The notes: generated by a model from the letters alone, not told the origin. A stretch of 64,000 nucleotides of DNA from an uncultured delta proteobacterium (GCA_963828255.1 CAWHDZ010000030.1:1-64000); one strand, 5' to 3'. Shown: positions 32,033 through 44,599, counted from the first letter of the stretch. A program made the numbers and translations.

Positions 32033-33271
32033 TCACGCCACCCGCTGTCCCCGGATCTCCGCCAGCCTGCGCCGCCGCGCCGGCCCGGCGACGAGCTGCC
32101 CCGCCGCCACCCCGAGCCCGGCGACGAAGCACGCCCCCCACACGCCCCGCGCCCCGAAGCGGGCGAGGCCCCACGCCCCCAGCGCCGGGGCCACGAAGGC
32201 CGCCACCGACCAGGCCAGCGAGTAGGCCCCCTGGTACCGGCCGCGCACCGCCTCGGGCGCGAGCTCGGCCGGGACCGTGGAGATGACCGGGAGGTAGGCG
32301 ATCTCACCCACCGTCCAGACGACGATCGCGAGGGCGTACCAGCCCACGGTGTGGTGGAGCGCGTTCATCCCGAACCCGAGCCCGATGAGTGCGCAGCCCG
32401 CCGCCATGATTCGCCCCGGGTCGCGGGAGGCGATCCAGCGCGCCGCGAGCGGCTGCAGGACCACGATGATGGCGCCGTTCAGGGCCATGAGGAGGCCGTA
32501 GCCGGTGGGGGAGATCCCGTGCTCCGTCATGTCGACCGGGAGGGTGAGCTGGAACTGGAAGAAGACCGTGGCGATGACCACGTGCAGGACCAGGAAGGGC
32601 AGGTAGACCCGGTCGCGCAGCGGCATCACGAGGCCGTGCAGCACCTCCCGCACCGTCTCGGGATTCGACACCGGACGCGTCTCCGGGACGAAGCGCCAGA
32701 CCACCCAGGCGAACACCAGCGAGGTGAGCCCGTCGCCCACGAAGAGGAGCACGTAGCTCACCGAGGCCATCAGCCCCGCCAGCGCGAGGCCGACGGCCAC
32801 GCCCAGGTTCACCGCCCAGTAGAGGAGGCCGAAGGCGCGCACCCGGTTCTCGGGCGGCACCACGTCGGCGACGACCGCGTGCGAGGCCGGCCGGTAGATC
32901 TCCCCGATGAACCCCACCCCGAAGACGAGGGGCCCGAGCAGCGCCGGGGAGGAGACGAAGCCGAGCGCCATGGTGAGCGCCGCGCCGCCGAGGAGCGAGA
33001 CGAAGAGCGCCGTCCGCCGCCCCAGCCGGTCGGCCACCACGCCGGACACCGGGCCGGCTCCCACCGCACCGAGCCCCCAGAGCGAGACCAGCCCCCCCGC
33101 CTCGGCCACCGAGAGCCCGCGCTCCCGCGTCAGGTAGAGCGCCAGGAACGGGACCACGAAGCTGCCCACCCGGTTCACGAGCAGTCCCACCCAGAGCGCC
33201 CAGTAGGCGCGGGGAAGGCCGCCCACGAGCTCGCGGGTCGTGGCGCGCAGGGACGACGGGGAGGGGATCAC
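32033..33271 (-). CDS. MFS transporter
   Basis: About 12 TM segments; motif A GVVADRLGRR. Confidence 0.9.
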   Translation of the reverse strand: MIPSPSSLRATTRELVGGLPRAYWALWVGLLVNRVGSFVVPFLALYLTRERGLSVAEAGGLVSLWGLGAVGAGPVSGVVADRLGRRTALFVSLLGGAALTMALGFVSSPALLGPLVFGVGFIGEIYRPASHAVVADVVPPENRVRAFGLLYWAVNLGVAVGLALAGLMASVSYVLLFVGDGLTSLVFAWVVWRFVPETRPVSNPETVREVLHGLVMPLRDRVYLPFLVLHVVIATVFFQFQLTLPVDMTEHGISPTGYGLLMALNGAIIVVLQPLAARWIASRDPGRIMAAGCALIGLGFGMNALHHTVGWYALAIVVWTVGEIAYLPVISTVPAELAPEAVRGRYQGAYSLAWSVAAFVAPALGAWGLARFGARGVWGACFVAGLGVAAGQLVAGPARRRRLAEIRGQRVA

Positions 33272-33291
33272 GACGCGCCCCTTGTAACCCG

Positions 33292-33322
33292 AAACGAGGA
33301 CGGCCGCCCCGGAGGGCGGCCG
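33292..33322 (-). terminator. Probable intrinsic terminator of glnA
   Basis: 9-bp stem CGGCCGCCC/GGGCGGCCG with 4-nt loop, followed on the minus strand by a weak pyrimidine tract. Confidence 0.55.
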
Positions 33323-33349
33323 CCGTGCTGCAGCGCCGGGCGCGAAGGC

Positions 33350-34774
<1,425 letters not shown>

Positions 34775-34822
34775 TGCCGGGATGTCTCCTGGTGGGGCGG
34801 AGGGTTGACGAGGCTCCGGATT

Positions 34823-34838
34823 AGCACGGTGCGTGCCA
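34823..34838 (-). promoter_or_regulatory. Sigma-54 (-24/-12) promoter of glnA
   Basis: Minus strand TGGCACGCACCGTGCT = GG-N10-GC. Confidence 0.8.
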
Positions 34839-34887
34839 GCCGGATCTACTCCGATCGAGCCGTGATCGCGCGTGCCTTCGTTGGGTA

Positions 34888-34926
34888 TGCCCAAAAAACA
34901 GGCATCGGCTGCCCGGAAACCGGGCT
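34888..34926. promoter_or_regulatory. Tandem NtrC-type enhancer boxes upstream of glnA
   Basis: TGCCCAAAAAACAGGCA (34888-34904) and TGCCCGGAAACCGGGCT (34910-34926). Confidence 0.7.
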
Positions 34927-34944
34927 CGGGAGGTTCCAGGGGCG

Positions 34945-36396
34945 TCAGTCCCGGGACTTCAATCCAAGGGCACGCATGCGCTCCCGCAGCGTGTTCCGGT
35001 TCATGCCGAGCAGCTCAGCGGCCTTGAGCTGGTTGCCCTTGGTGCGGTCCATGGCAGCCGAGATGAGGGGGGCCTCCAGGGCGGCGAGCGCCGACTGGTA
35101 GCGCCCCCCTTCCGGCTCGGGACCGTCGAGGAAGCCCTCGACGAAGCCGGTCAGCCCCCTCTCCCGGACGGCGCCGGCAGGCAGGAGGGGACCGAGGTCG
35201 CGGGCGGTGATGCGCGTGCCCGGCAGCGCGAGCAGCGCCCGCTGGATCACGTTCTGCAGTTCCCGGACGTTGCCGGGCCAGGAGTGGGCGAGGAGCAGCG
35301 GCTCGGCGTCACGAGCCAGCGTGAGCGCCTTTCCCCGCAGTTGCTCCCCGTACTTGGTGGCGAAGTGGCGGGCCAGCAGGATGACGTCGTGGTCCCGCTC
35401 GCGCAGTGGCGGGAGCCGGATGGGCACCACCGCGAGCCGGTAGAACAGGTCCCGGCGGAAGCGCCCGTCCTCCACCGACCGGGAGAGGTCGGCGTTGGTG
35501 GCGGCCACGATGCGGACATCCACCGGGAGCGGACGGGAGCCGCCCACCCGGTCGATCTCCCGCTCCTGGAGCACCCGGAGGAGCTTGGCCTGCAGCTCGA
35601 CCGGCATCTCCCCGATCTCGTCGAGGAAGAGAGTGCCGCCGCTGGCGAGCTCGAACTTGCCGGGACGGCGCTCGGCGGCGCCGGTGAACGCGCCCCGCTC
35701 GTGGCCGTAGAGCTCGCTCTCCATGAGATCGCGCGGGATGGCGGCCATGTTGACCGTGATGAACGGGCCACGGGCGCGCGCCGAGTTGGAGTGGACGGCC
35801 CGGGCCACGAGCTCCTTGCCCGTTCCGCTCTCGCCCATCAGCGTCACCGTCATCTCGGTGCGGGCCACCCGCCCGATCTCCTTGAAGACGTCGACCATGG
35901 CCGGGGAGCGGCCGATGAGCGATTCGATCGGGGCGCCGTCGCGCCGTCGCTCCGGCTCGGGGGGGCGCGCTCCGTGCTCCGGGCGCTCGTCGGGATCCGG
36001 CTCCGGGCCGATGGCGAGGTCGCGGACGATGCGCTCGACGCGGGCCAGGTCGAAGGGCTTGCCCAGGTAGTCCGCGGCGCCCCGCTTCATGGCCTCCACG
36101 GCCGAGCGCATGGTGTCCTCGGCCGTCATGACCACGATGAAGGGCGAGTCGCTGTGGCCGGAGAGCTCGCTCAGGAGCGTGAACCCGTCGTCGCCGGGGA
36201 GACGCACGTCGAGCAGCACCAGCCCGATTCCCCCGTGGCGACCGGTGCCGTGGCGGGCCAGCTCCTCGCGTGCCTGCTCCGCGCTCCCCGCCTCGACGTG
36301 GGGGGCGCCCACCCGCTCGCAGGTGCGGGCGAGGACGAAGCGGACCGAGGGTTCGTCGTCGACGATGAGTACCTTGCGCATTTCCGCCTCGGTCAT
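34945..36396 (-). CDS. ntrC: Sigma-54-dependent response regulator NtrC
   Basis: Receiver domain (VDDE, LDVRLP), [22 protein letters not shown], Fis-type HTH; context next to glnA. Confidence 0.88.
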   Translation of the reverse strand: MTEAEMRKVLIVDDEPSVRFVLARTCERVGAPHVEAGSAEQAREELARHGTGRHGGIGLVLLDVRLPGDDGFTLLSELSGHSDSPFIVVMTAEDTMRSAVEAMKRGAADYLGKPFDLARVERIVRDLAIGPEPDPDERPEHGARPPEPERRRDGAPIESLIGRSPAMVDVFKEIGRVARTEMTVTLMGESGTGKELVARAVHSNSARARGPFITVNMAAIPRDLMESELYGHERGAFTGAAERRPGKFELASGGTLFLDEIGEMPVELQAKLLRVLQEREIDRVGGSRPLPVDVRIVAATNADLSRSVEDGRFRRDLFYRLAVVPIRLPPLRERDHDVILLARHFATKYGEQLRGKALTLARDAEPLLLAHSWPGNVRELQNVIQRALLALPGTRITARDLGPLLPAGAVRERGLTGFVEGFLDGPEPEGGRYQSALAALEAPLISAAMDRTKGNQLKAAELLGMNRNTLRERMRALGLKSRD

Positions 36397-36406
36397 GCAC
36401 CCCTTA

Positions 36407-36423
36407 TGCCCGTTTCGCGGGCA
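36407..36423. promoter_or_regulatory. NtrC-type palindrome directly upstream of ntrC
   Basis: TGCCC-GTTTCGC-GGGCA. Confidence 0.6.
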
Positions 36424-36465
36424 GATGGCGTGATCGGTTCCGGAGCAGGCCCACCCGGGGTGGCT

Positions 36466-37524
36466 TCAACCGTGGACGAGGGGCAAGAAGACCGCCGCCT
36501 CGGCGCCCCCACCGGGGCGGTTGCGGACCTCGATCCGGCCGCCGTGGGCCTCGACGATCCGGCGCGAGACGGCCAACCCGAGCCCCGTTCCCTGCGCCTT
36601 CGAGGTTGCGAACGGCGTGAAGAGCCTTCCCAGCATCGACTCCGGGATGCCCGGTCCGTTGTCGATCACGGCGATCCGGGCCAGCGTGGTGGTCCTCCCC
36701 CCGGACTGGCGGAGCCTGACCGGCGCGACCCCCGTCTCCATCGACACCTCCGCCCCCGGAGTCTCGCGGACCGCCTCCACGGCGTTGCGCAGCAGGTTCA
36801 GCACCACCTGCGTGAGCTTTTCCTGGTCCCCCAGGATCGCCGGGAGGGAAGGGTCGAAGCGCTGCGAGAAGAGGATCCGGTCGCCGCCGGGGAGCCCCTT
36901 CGCGATCAGCATCACGTCCCGGAGCACGGTGTGGATGTTCACCGGGCCGGCCTGGAGGATGGCCGGACGCGCCAGGTCGAGCAGCTCGCGGACGAGGCCA
37001 TCCACCCTGCGGGCCTCCTTCGCGATCACGAGGGCGTACTCGCGGGCCGCGCCAGTGGCCTCGCGGGCGAGCAACTCGGCCGAGCCCTGCAGGCCGGCGA
37101 GGGGATTCTTGATCTCGTGCGCGAGCCCGGCGGCGAGCGCCTCGAAGTCGAGGTGCCGCTCCCCGTTCCTGCGCGCCCGGACCACGAGCACCGTGCCCGC
37201 GCACGCCGCGCCGTCGAAGAGCGGGGAGGCCTCCACCTGCAGGTGCGCCGACGGATCACGCGGGCCCACGAAATCGGCCCCGGTGGCCTCCTGGGCGCGC
37301 CGGACCCGGTCGGCGAGCGCCTCGAGCGGCGCCCCCCCGGGGAGGGCTCGCACGGGGAGACCCACCGACCGCTCGCGGCTGCGGTCGAAGAGCTCCTCGG
37401 CGGCTGGGTTGAGGTGCAGGAGGCCACCGTCCGGCCCCACCAGGAGGACCGGGTCGCCGATGGAATCGATCGCACCGCGAGCCAGCGCCGCCGGGAGCGG
37501 CGTGGCCTTTCCGGCTCGGGACAC
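36466..37524 (-). CDS. ntrB: PAS sensor histidine kinase NtrB
   Basis: PAS NPAAEELF, H-box LAHEIKNPLAG, NLLRNA, DNGPGIP, GTGLGL. Confidence 0.87.
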   Translation of the reverse strand: MSRAGKATPLPAALARGAIDSIGDPVLLVGPDGGLLHLNPAAEELFDRSRERSVGLPVRALPGGAPLEALADRVRRAQEATGADFVGPRDPSAHLQVEASPLFDGAACAGTVLVVRARRNGERHLDFEALAAGLAHEIKNPLAGLQGSAELLAREATGAAREYALVIAKEARRVDGLVRELLDLARPAILQAGPVNIHTVLRDVMLIAKGLPGGDRILFSQRFDPSLPAILGDQEKLTQVVLNLLRNAVEAVRETPGAEVSMETGVAPVRLRQSGGRTTTLARIAVIDNGPGIPESMLGRLFTPFATSKAQGTGLGLAVSRRIVEAHGGRIEVRNRPGGGAEAAVFLPLVHG

Positions 37525-37557
37525 GGCGCCCCCCCTCTCGTTGCCGGGAAGCCGGCT

Positions 37558-37953
<396 letters not shown>

Positions 37954-38002
37954 TCAAGCGCCGGGGACCGCCCGGCTCGGCGTTGATGCCCTCGTCTGCT
38001 TC

Positions 38003-38042
38003 TGCCCGGAAACCGGGCTTGCGTCTGCTCGCTTTCCGGACA
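38003..38042. promoter_or_regulatory. Tandem NtrC-type boxes upstream of glnB
   Basis: TGCCCGGAAACCGGGCT (identical to 34910-34926) and TGCTCGCTTTCCGGACA 23 bp further. Confidence 0.65.
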
Positions 38043-38219
38043 GCCGTCCGGCCCCGCGACCATGCATCGAAACCATGCCCGCCGTCTTCGACCAAGGAGG
38101 AGCCCCCCTCGGTGGCGCTGGCGTCGGGCGACGGACGAGATGGCTGCAACCGGCGGGCCACCGCGCGGCGGGGGATTTCACGGCGCCCACGCCCGTCCTT
38201 GCGGTAGATCCTTCTCCCA

Positions 38220-39299
38220 ATGGAATGGGTGCTCGCCGTCGTTGCCGCCGCGGCGGTCTTCGGAGTGCTGGCGATCGGGCACCACGCATTCTGGAGCCGC
38301 CGGCTCCGGGAACCCATCCGGGACGACGGGATCGTCCGGGCCGGGACGCGCGATGGCTGGCAGCTCGCGATGGGGACCCGGCGTCCTCGGGCTCCGGAGC
38401 GACGGCCCCCGGTGCTGCTCGTGCACGGCCTCGCTTCCAACCGCTGGGCGCTCGACTCCGGCGTCGCCTCGGTCTCCCTGGCAGCCCACCTGGCCGGGGA
38501 CGGATTCCGGACCTTCTCCCTCGACCTGCGCGGCCACGGCGACTCCCGGCGCGGCCCCCCCGGGGCGACCCCGTGGAACTTCGACCACTACGTGAACGAG
38601 GACGTCCCGGCGGTGCTCGAAGCCATCCGGAGGGAGACCGGCGAGGAACGGGTCCTCTGGGTCGGCCACAGCCTGGGCGCCGTGGCGGGAATGGTCTCCT
38701 GCCAGCTCTACCCGGAACGGATCGCCGCCATCGTCTCCATCGCCGGCCCCATGAGCTTCGACGTGGAGGGGAGGGTGGCCCGCTACCTCCGGCGCGGCGC
38801 ACTGGTGGACGGCCGATTCAACCGGACGCTCGCAGCCATGGTGGCGCCCTGGGCGGGGCTCGCCCACCCGCCCGCGGCGGAGCTCGCCATCAACGGCCGC
38901 AACGTCGATCCGGCGGTGCTCCGGCGGCTGCTGGCGAACGGGATCGAGAATGTCTCCGGCCCGCTCTTCCGGCAGCTCTCGGGCTGGGTGACCCGGGACG
39001 TCTGCCTGTCCGCGGACGGGGAGCACGACTACCGGGCCGGCCTCGCCTCCTGCCGCCAGCCGGCCCTCTTCCTGGCCGCGCCCCGCGATCCGTTCGCGCC
39101 CCCCGGCGTGGTGCGGGCCAGCTTCGAGCGCTGGGGCGGTCCACGGACCTACGTCGAGTTCCGGCGCGACGCCGGCCACTCCGCCGACTACGGCCACACC
39201 GATCTGCTCGTCGGCCGCAACGCCGCCACCGAGGTCTTCCCGGTCGTGTCGGCATGGCTCCAGGCCCGGAGCGACCCGGCCGGGGAGGGGGGCGAATGA
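38220..39299 (+). CDS. Alpha/beta hydrolase with N-terminal membrane anchor
   Basis: LVHGL, DLRGHG, GHSLG nucleophile elbow, YGHTDL. Confidence 0.85.
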   Translation: MEWVLAVVAAAAVFGVLAIGHHAFWSRRLREPIRDDGIVRAGTRDGWQLAMGTRRPRAPERRPPVLLVHGLASNRWALDSGVASVSLAAHLAGDGFRTFSLDLRGHGDSRRGPPGATPWNFDHYVNEDVPAVLEAIRRETGEERVLWVGHSLGAVAGMVSCQLYPERIAAIVSIAGPMSFDVEGRVARYLRRGALVDGRFNRTLAAMVAPWAGLAHPPAAELAINGRNVDPAVLRRLLANGIENVSGPLFRQLSGWVTRDVCLSADGEHDYRAGLASCRQPALFLAAPRDPFAPPGVVRASFERWGGPRTYVEFRRDAGHSADYGHTDLLVGRNAATEVFPVVSAWLQARSDPAGEGGE

Positions 39300-39802
39300 C
39301 CGCGATCCTGCTCGCCGCGCTGCTCGCGGCCCCGCTCGTCTGCCCGCCCGGGAGCCATCCGGTCGGCAGCCCGCCGCCCTCCGGCAACGCCGAGTGGTGC
39401 GAGGGGCCCGACCGCGCCGGGGCCATGAAGCGGCAGGGGCCGGCCCGCGACTACTACGAGGCCGACCTCATTCACGTCGAGTCAACGTGGCGCGACGGCC
39501 AGCTCGACGGCCCCTGGCTGGAGCGCCACCGTGACGGGCGGAAGGCCCTCGCGGGGCGCTACCGCGGGGGCGAGAAGCACGGACCGTGGACCTGGTGGTA
39601 CGAGGACGGCAAGGTCGAGGAGGAGGTCTCCTTCGACATGGGCCGGCGCCACGGCCCGTTCCTCCAGCGCTGGCGCAACGGGAAGAAGCGCACCGAGGGA
39701 AGGTTCTGCTTCGGCCTGCAGTGCGGCCGCTGGACGACCTGGAACGAGGACGGCCAGGAGCTGGGGGTGATCCACTACGAGGAGATCCGCGGGAAGCCGT
39801 GA
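39296..39802 (+). CDS. Exported MORN2/YwqK-like repeat protein
   Basis: Signal peptide, repeated G.W..W..DG units, Cys pairs; ATGA overlap. Confidence 0.75.
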   Translation: MTAILLAALLAAPLVCPPGSHPVGSPPPSGNAEWCEGPDRAGAMKRQGPARDYYEADLIHVESTWRDGQLDGPWLERHRDGRKALAGRYRGGEKHGPWTWWYEDGKVEEEVSFDMGRRHGPFLQRWRNGKKRTEGRFCFGLQCGRWTTWNEDGQELGVIHYEEIRGKP

Positions 39803-39835
39803 GCGTCGCGCGGCGGCGCTCCGCCGATCGGGAAG

Positions 39836-40339
39836 CTAGGAGGCCCGCGGCGCCTTGCGCGCGCGCTCCGACTCGATGAGCTGGTCGAAGGCCTTCGACG
39901 GGACCGGCACCGCGGTGAAGACCGCGACCAGGTCGGGGCCGATGGGGAGCGTGGACTCGACGCCCGGCTTCACCCAGACCCGGCCCGACCGGGTGAGCGA
40001 GAGCTCGGGGATCTGGACCGCGTAGTTCACGCAGACGCTGCCCGAGAGCTCACGGGAGGTGGTGACCCGGAGCACCATGCGCACCGCAGAGGGGGCGGCC
40101 GGGTCGCGCACCACCACCGAGGCGAGCTTGCCCTCGGGGCTGACCAGCCGGCTCTTCGCGATGGTGGCCCCGTCCTCGGTGCGGACCTCGAACGAGACGA
40201 GGTCCCCGACAGACCCGTCCTGAGCGGCCGATTCGGTGGCGCGAGCGGTCCGGGCCCGCACGACGCCCTCGGCGGAGGCGGCCCCCACGAGGAAGGCGAC
40301 TGCGAGGATGGCGATGGCGCGGAAGGTTCTCACGGGCAT
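39836..40339 (-). CDS. Hypothetical exported protein (167 aa)
   Basis: Signal peptide MPVRTFRAIAILAVAFLVGAASA; beta-rich body. Confidence 0.65.
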   Translation of the reverse strand: MPVRTFRAIAILAVAFLVGAASAEGVVRARTARATESAAQDGSVGDLVSFEVRTEDGATIAKSRLVSPEGKLASVVVRDPAAPSAVRMVLRVTTSRELSGSVCVNYAVQIPELSLTRSGRVWVKPGVESTLPIGPDLVAVFTAVPVPSKAFDQLIESERARKAPRAS

Positions 40340-40443
40340 TCCTGACGGCTCTTGATAACCCGGACCGGCCACCAGATCATGGTCCGATTCCGAGAAAACA
40401 GACTGGGCCAGGTAAAACTTCCCGAACAATGACCCTTTTGGGG

Positions 40444-41928
40444 TCATCTGCCGTGCCAGGTACCCCCAGAAGGGTGGGCCCGTCCCAGATTCTCCAGCCA
40501 GAGGAGGGCAGCGAGGCAGCTCCGCTCCGCCACCGGCAGGAGGAAGGGCGGCGTGTCGTCGTAGGCGGCCCGGGTGACATCGGAGAGCGTCCCTCCCGGG
40601 GTGAGCGCCGCCTCGACCTTGGCGGTCCGCAGGCGGCGGTGCTCCAGGTACTCGTCGAGCTTGGCGGCCGCCGAGGGGGCCGGAGACCCGTGCGCCGGGT
40701 AGAGGGTGCGGGCCGGGAGGCCGCGCAGCCGCTCGAGCGACGAGACGTAGAGCCCCATGTCCCCCTCGGGCGGATCGATGACCACGGTGGAGAGGGTGCT
40801 CACCATGTCGCCTGCCACGAGCGCTCCGCTGCGCTCGTCGAGGAAGCAGAGGTGTCCGGGTGCGTGACCCGGAGTGAACAGGGCGCGCCAGCGTCCGTGC
40901 AGGATCTCGCCGTCCTCGACCGGGAGGAACGAGGCCCCGCCGGCGAGGCGCCGGGCCGTCTCCGTGTGGGCCCGGACCGGGAGGCCCCGGGCGGCCAGCG
41001 GCGCGAGCCCGCCCACGTGGTCCACGTGGTGGTGGGTGAGCCAGACCTCCCGGGCCGGCCGCCCCCCGGCGGCCATGATGGAGAGGATGCGGTCGAGCCG
41101 GGCCTGCTCGGCGGGATCGGGAGAGCCGGGGTCCACGACGGCCACCCCGCCGCCGGGCTCGAGATCGAGCATCCAGCAGTTGGTGTGGGTGGCCGGGAGC
41201 AGCGTGGGGGTGCGCAGCGCCGCCAGCACCACGCCCCCCTGGAACTCGATGAGCAGGTCGGCGGGTGGATCGCGGAGCAGCGCCAGCGCCTCCGGCGGCG
41301 CGGCGCGGTCCACGGAGGTGATGCCCCACCAGTTGGGAGGGTGGAGGAGCGCATCGCCCCGCGCCCAGGAAGCGAGCGCGCGCCCGGTGGAGACGAACTC
41401 CCCCCCGGAGAGCTCGCCTGGCCAGACCGATGCCTCCTGCCCGGCCGGCAACCGGGCCAGGTAGAAGCGGGCGTCGAAGCGGACCGGGAAGGGCTCCGGC
41501 GTCACCCAGCGTCCGGCCGGGGAAAGCAGCGAGGGGTCGATGGCCAGCGCCTCCCGGAAGAGCAGGTCGGCGAAGGAGATCCGCTCCTCGAGGAGCGCAC
41601 GCCGCGCCTCGTCCCTGACCGCAGGCGGCAGCTTCTCGGCGCCACGGGCCAGCAGCACGCCGGCCTCCTCGAAGAGCTCGCGGCAGGCCCCGGCCACGTG
41701 GGCCGCCTCCTCCCCCGCGAGCCCCGCCACCGGCACCCGGGAGTCCTCCTCGTCGACCCTTCCCCCCGGGAAGGCGTGGAAGCCCCCGGCGAAGCGCAGC
41801 CCGTCCCCGCGCCGGACCCAGAAGACCTCGCGCCCCTCCGGCCCCTCGCGCCAGAGGATCACCGCCGCCGCCGGGCGGGTCCGCGCCGGCGGGGGAGGCG
41901 CCGGCATGCCGGGGAGGGCCTCGCTCAT
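40444..41928 (-). CDS. NUDIX + metallo-beta-lactamase-fold fusion hydrolase
   Basis: FPGGRVD..RELFEEAG Nudix box; THHHVDH, TPGHAPGH, GDMV, PAHG. Confidence 0.87.
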   Translation of the reverse strand: MSEALPGMPAPPPPARTRPAAAVILWREGPEGREVFWVRRGDGLRFAGGFHAFPGGRVDEEDSRVPVAGLAGEEAAHVAGACRELFEEAGVLLARGAEKLPPAVRDEARRALLEERISFADLLFREALAIDPSLLSPAGRWVTPEPFPVRFDARFYLARLPAGQEASVWPGELSGGEFVSTGRALASWARGDALLHPPNWWGITSVDRAAPPEALALLRDPPADLLIEFQGGVVLAALRTPTLLPATHTNCWMLDLEPGGGVAVVDPGSPDPAEQARLDRILSIMAAGGRPAREVWLTHHHVDHVGGLAPLAARGLPVRAHTETARRLAGGASFLPVEDGEILHGRWRALFTPGHAPGHLCFLDERSGALVAGDMVSTLSTVVIDPPEGDMGLYVSSLERLRGLPARTLYPAHGSPAPSAAAKLDEYLEHRRLRTAKVEAALTPGGTLSDVTRAAYDDTPPFLLPVAERSCLAALLWLENLGRAHPSGGTWHGR

Positions 41929-43112
41929 GCGATCCGCACCAGCTCCTGCTGGAGCTTGGAGAAGATGCGGGGTCCACCTGGAGTGAGGACGACGTCGATC
42001 TCCAGCCGCACCCCCATGCCCTCCTCGGGGAGGTAGATTCCCGGCTCGATGGAGAAGGCGGTGCGCTCGAGCAGCACCCGGGTGTCGTGGGTCTCCAGGT
42101 CGTCCATGTTGGCCCCGTCGCCGTGGGGCGAGGCGAAGCCGATGGAGTGGCCGGTGCGGTGGACGAAGCGATCGCCGTAGCCCTTCGAGGCGATGTGGTC
42201 GCGCACCACCCGGTCCACCTGCCAGCCCTCGAGCCGCTCCTTCGCCCGGAAGGCCCGCTCGACCAGGCCGAAGCCGGCGTCGCGCCCGTCGGCGGTGACC
42301 CGGAAGATCTCCTGCACCTTGGGTGGAGGGCGGTCGCCGCAGAAGGCCATCCAGGTGATGTCGGCGTAGGGGTCGTCGGCGCGCGGCTCGCGGGCCCACA
42401 GGTCGATGAGCAGGAGGTCCCCGCTGCGGATGGGCGTGGGACGCTCCCGCGACGGCACGTAGTGGGGATCGCCGGCGTGGCCGTTCACCGCCACGATGGG
42501 CGGGTGGTCGGTGACGAGCCCGCGCTCGGCGAAGCGGGCCATGAGCAGGTCCTGGATCTCGTGCTCGGCGGGGTCGCGGCCGCGGCGGTGCTCCTCGCCC
42601 ACCCGGGCGAAGGCCTCGTCCTTGGCCTCGTCGATGGCCCGGCAGGAGCGGGCGTGGCTCTCGATCTGCCGGTCGTCGAGGCGGCAGAGGAACTGCTGCA
42701 CCAGCTCGCCCGAGGACACCACCTCGACGCCCAGCGAGCGGACGAGCTCCAGCGTGCCGGCGTCCACCCGCGACAGGTACGGGATGCCGGCCATGGGGAA
42801 GTACTCCATGGCGAGCCGCCGGCCGGGCAGGCCGGCGAGCATGCCCGAAAGGCCCGCCCGGAAGGACTGCCAGGAGGCGTAGCTCTCGCGCCGGCCCGGG
42901 ACGTGGGCCGGGAAGGAGCCCCGCTCGATGGCGTGGACGAGGAGGCTCGGCTCTCCGCGGGCCGGGACGAGGTAGGCCCAGCGCCGGGTGAGCATGTGGC
43001 TCCCCAGCCCCAGCGCGCCGATGGCGGTAGGGTTCTGGCCGTGGAAGTCGTAGAGGAGCCAGCCGTCGAGCTCCTGGGCGGCGATGGCCTGCTGCAGGGC
43101 CGGGATGTCCAT
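41925..43112 (-). CDS. M24 family (Xaa-Pro) metallopeptidase
   Basis: PHY, IDLW, ADITW, HRTGHSIG, FSIEPGIY, RLE. Confidence 0.88.
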   Translation of the reverse strand: MDIPALQQAIAAQELDGWLLYDFHGQNPTAIGALGLGSHMLTRRWAYLVPARGEPSLLVHAIERGSFPAHVPGRRESYASWQSFRAGLSGMLAGLPGRRLAMEYFPMAGIPYLSRVDAGTLELVRSLGVEVVSSGELVQQFLCRLDDRQIESHARSCRAIDEAKDEAFARVGEEHRRGRDPAEHEIQDLLMARFAERGLVTDHPPIVAVNGHAGDPHYVPSRERPTPIRSGDLLLIDLWAREPRADDPYADITWMAFCGDRPPPKVQEIFRVTADGRDAGFGLVERAFRAKERLEGWQVDRVVRDHIASKGYGDRFVHRTGHSIGFASPHGDGANMDDLETHDTRVLLERTAFSIEPGIYLPEEGMGVRLEIDVVLTPGGPRIFSKLQQELVRIA

Positions 43113-43135
43113 GGTTCGACCTCCGGATCGGGCTG

Positions 43136-44599
43136 CTAGATGGGGACCCGGTAGCGCTTGCCCGGCGGCGGTTCGAGGGGGATCTGGTGCAGCCGGATCG
43201 AGTTGGTGTTCCCGGGCTCGCCGAGCGGCGACCCGTACACGATGATGACCCGGTCGCCGGGGCCGGCCAGGCCGTCGGCCAGCAGCCGCTCCGACACCAG
43301 CCGCGCCATCGAGTCGGGGTCGCGGACCGGCTCCAGGATGCGCGGGAGGACTCCCCAGTAGAGCGCCATGCGCCGGCGGATGGGCTGCTCGGGCGAGAAG
43401 GCCACCACGGGGACGTGCGGGCGGTAGCGGGAGAGCAGGCGGGCCGTCGTTCCACCCACCGTGAAGCAGGCGATGAGGCGGGCGCTGGACTCCAGGGCGG
43501 CGCGCACCGCCGCGGAAGCCACCACGTCGTTGAAGGGCACCGGCGGGGGAGGGGGCTCGACCGGGCGCAGGCGGGAGAGGAAGTAGTTGCGCTCGGCCTC
43601 GCGCACGATGCGGTCCATGGTCTGGACCGCCAGCAGCGGGAAGCGGCCGCTGGCGGTCTCCCCGGAGAGCATGACCGCGTCGGCGCCGTCCCAGACGGCG
43701 TTGGCCACGTCGCTGGCCTCGGCGCGGGTGGGGCGCGGGTGCTGCATCATCGAGTCGAGCATCTGGGTGGCGATGATGACCGGCTTGCCCAGCTGGTTGC
43801 CCCGGTCGACGATCGACTTCTGGAGGATGGGGACCCGCTCGGCGGGCACCTCGACGCCCAGGTCGCCGCGCGCCACCATGAGCCCGTCGGCCGCCTCGGC
43901 GATCTCGTCGATGTTCTCGAGCGCCTCCGGCTTCTCGATCTTGGCGATGATGGGCACCACGCGCCCCAGCGCCCGGAGCTCGGCGCGGGCCTCCTCGACG
44001 TCGCCGGCGCTGCGCACGAAGGAGAGGGCCACGTAGTCCACGCCGTGCCTGGCGCCGAAGGCCAGGTCGGCCCGGTCCTTCTCGGAGAGGGCCGAGACAC
44101 GCAGTGCCACCCCGGGAAGGTTGATGCCCTTGTGCTCCTTCAGCCGTCCGCCCTCGACCACCTGGGCGGTGACGCGGACGCCGTCGGTGTCGAGCACCTT
44201 GAACTCGAGCAGCCCGTCGTCCACGAGCAGCCGGTCCCCCTTGCGGACGTCCTGGGCCAGGAAGGGGTAGGTGGTGGAGATGAGGTGCTCGTCGCCGAGG
44301 ACCTCCTTCTCGGTGGTGATGACGATGGTGTCGCCGGTGACGAGCGCCACCCCGGCGCGGCCGGCCTGCAGCGGGCCGGTGCGGATCTTCGGCCCCTGGA
44401 GGTCCTGCAGGATGGCCACGGGCCGGACGAGCTGCCGCGAGGCGGCGCGGATGCGCTCGATGACGGCGGCGTGGTCGTCGTGGGTGCCGTGGGAGAAGTT
44501 GAGGCGGGCGACGTCCATGCCCATCTCGAGGAGCTTCAGCACGACGTCGGGGGATTCGCTGGCGGGACCCAGGGTGCAGACGATCTTTGCGCGGCGCAC
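43136..44599 (-). CDS. pyk: Pyruvate kinase
   Basis: [44 protein letters not shown]. Confidence 0.97.
   Translation of the reverse strand: MRRAKIVCTLGPASESPDVVLKLLEMGMDVARLNFSHGTHDDHAAVIERIRAASRQLVRPVAILQDLQGPKIRTGPLQAGRAGVALVTGDTIVITTEKEVLGDEHLISTTYPFLAQDVRKGDRLLVDDGLLEFKVLDTDGVRVTAQVVEGGRLKEHKGINLPGVALRVSALSEKDRADLAFGARHGVDYVALSFVRSAGDVEEARAELRALGRVVPIIAKIEKPEALENIDEIAEAADGLMVARGDLGVEVPAERVPILQKSIVDRGNQLGKPVIIATQMLDSMMQHPRPTRAEASDVANAVWDGADAVMLSGETASGRFPLLAVQTMDRIVREAERNYFLSRLRPVEPPPPPVPFNDVVASAAVRAALESSARLIACFTVGGTTARLLSRYRPHVPVVAFSPEQPIRRRMALYWGVLPRILEPVRDPDSMARLVSERLLADGLAGPGDRVIIVYGSPLGEPGNTNSIRLHQIPLEPPPGKRYRVPI

Noticed and set aside
39296..39802. Toxin-antitoxin system
   Set aside because: The YwqK-like label reflects only MORN-type repeats; no recognisable toxin domain is adjacent
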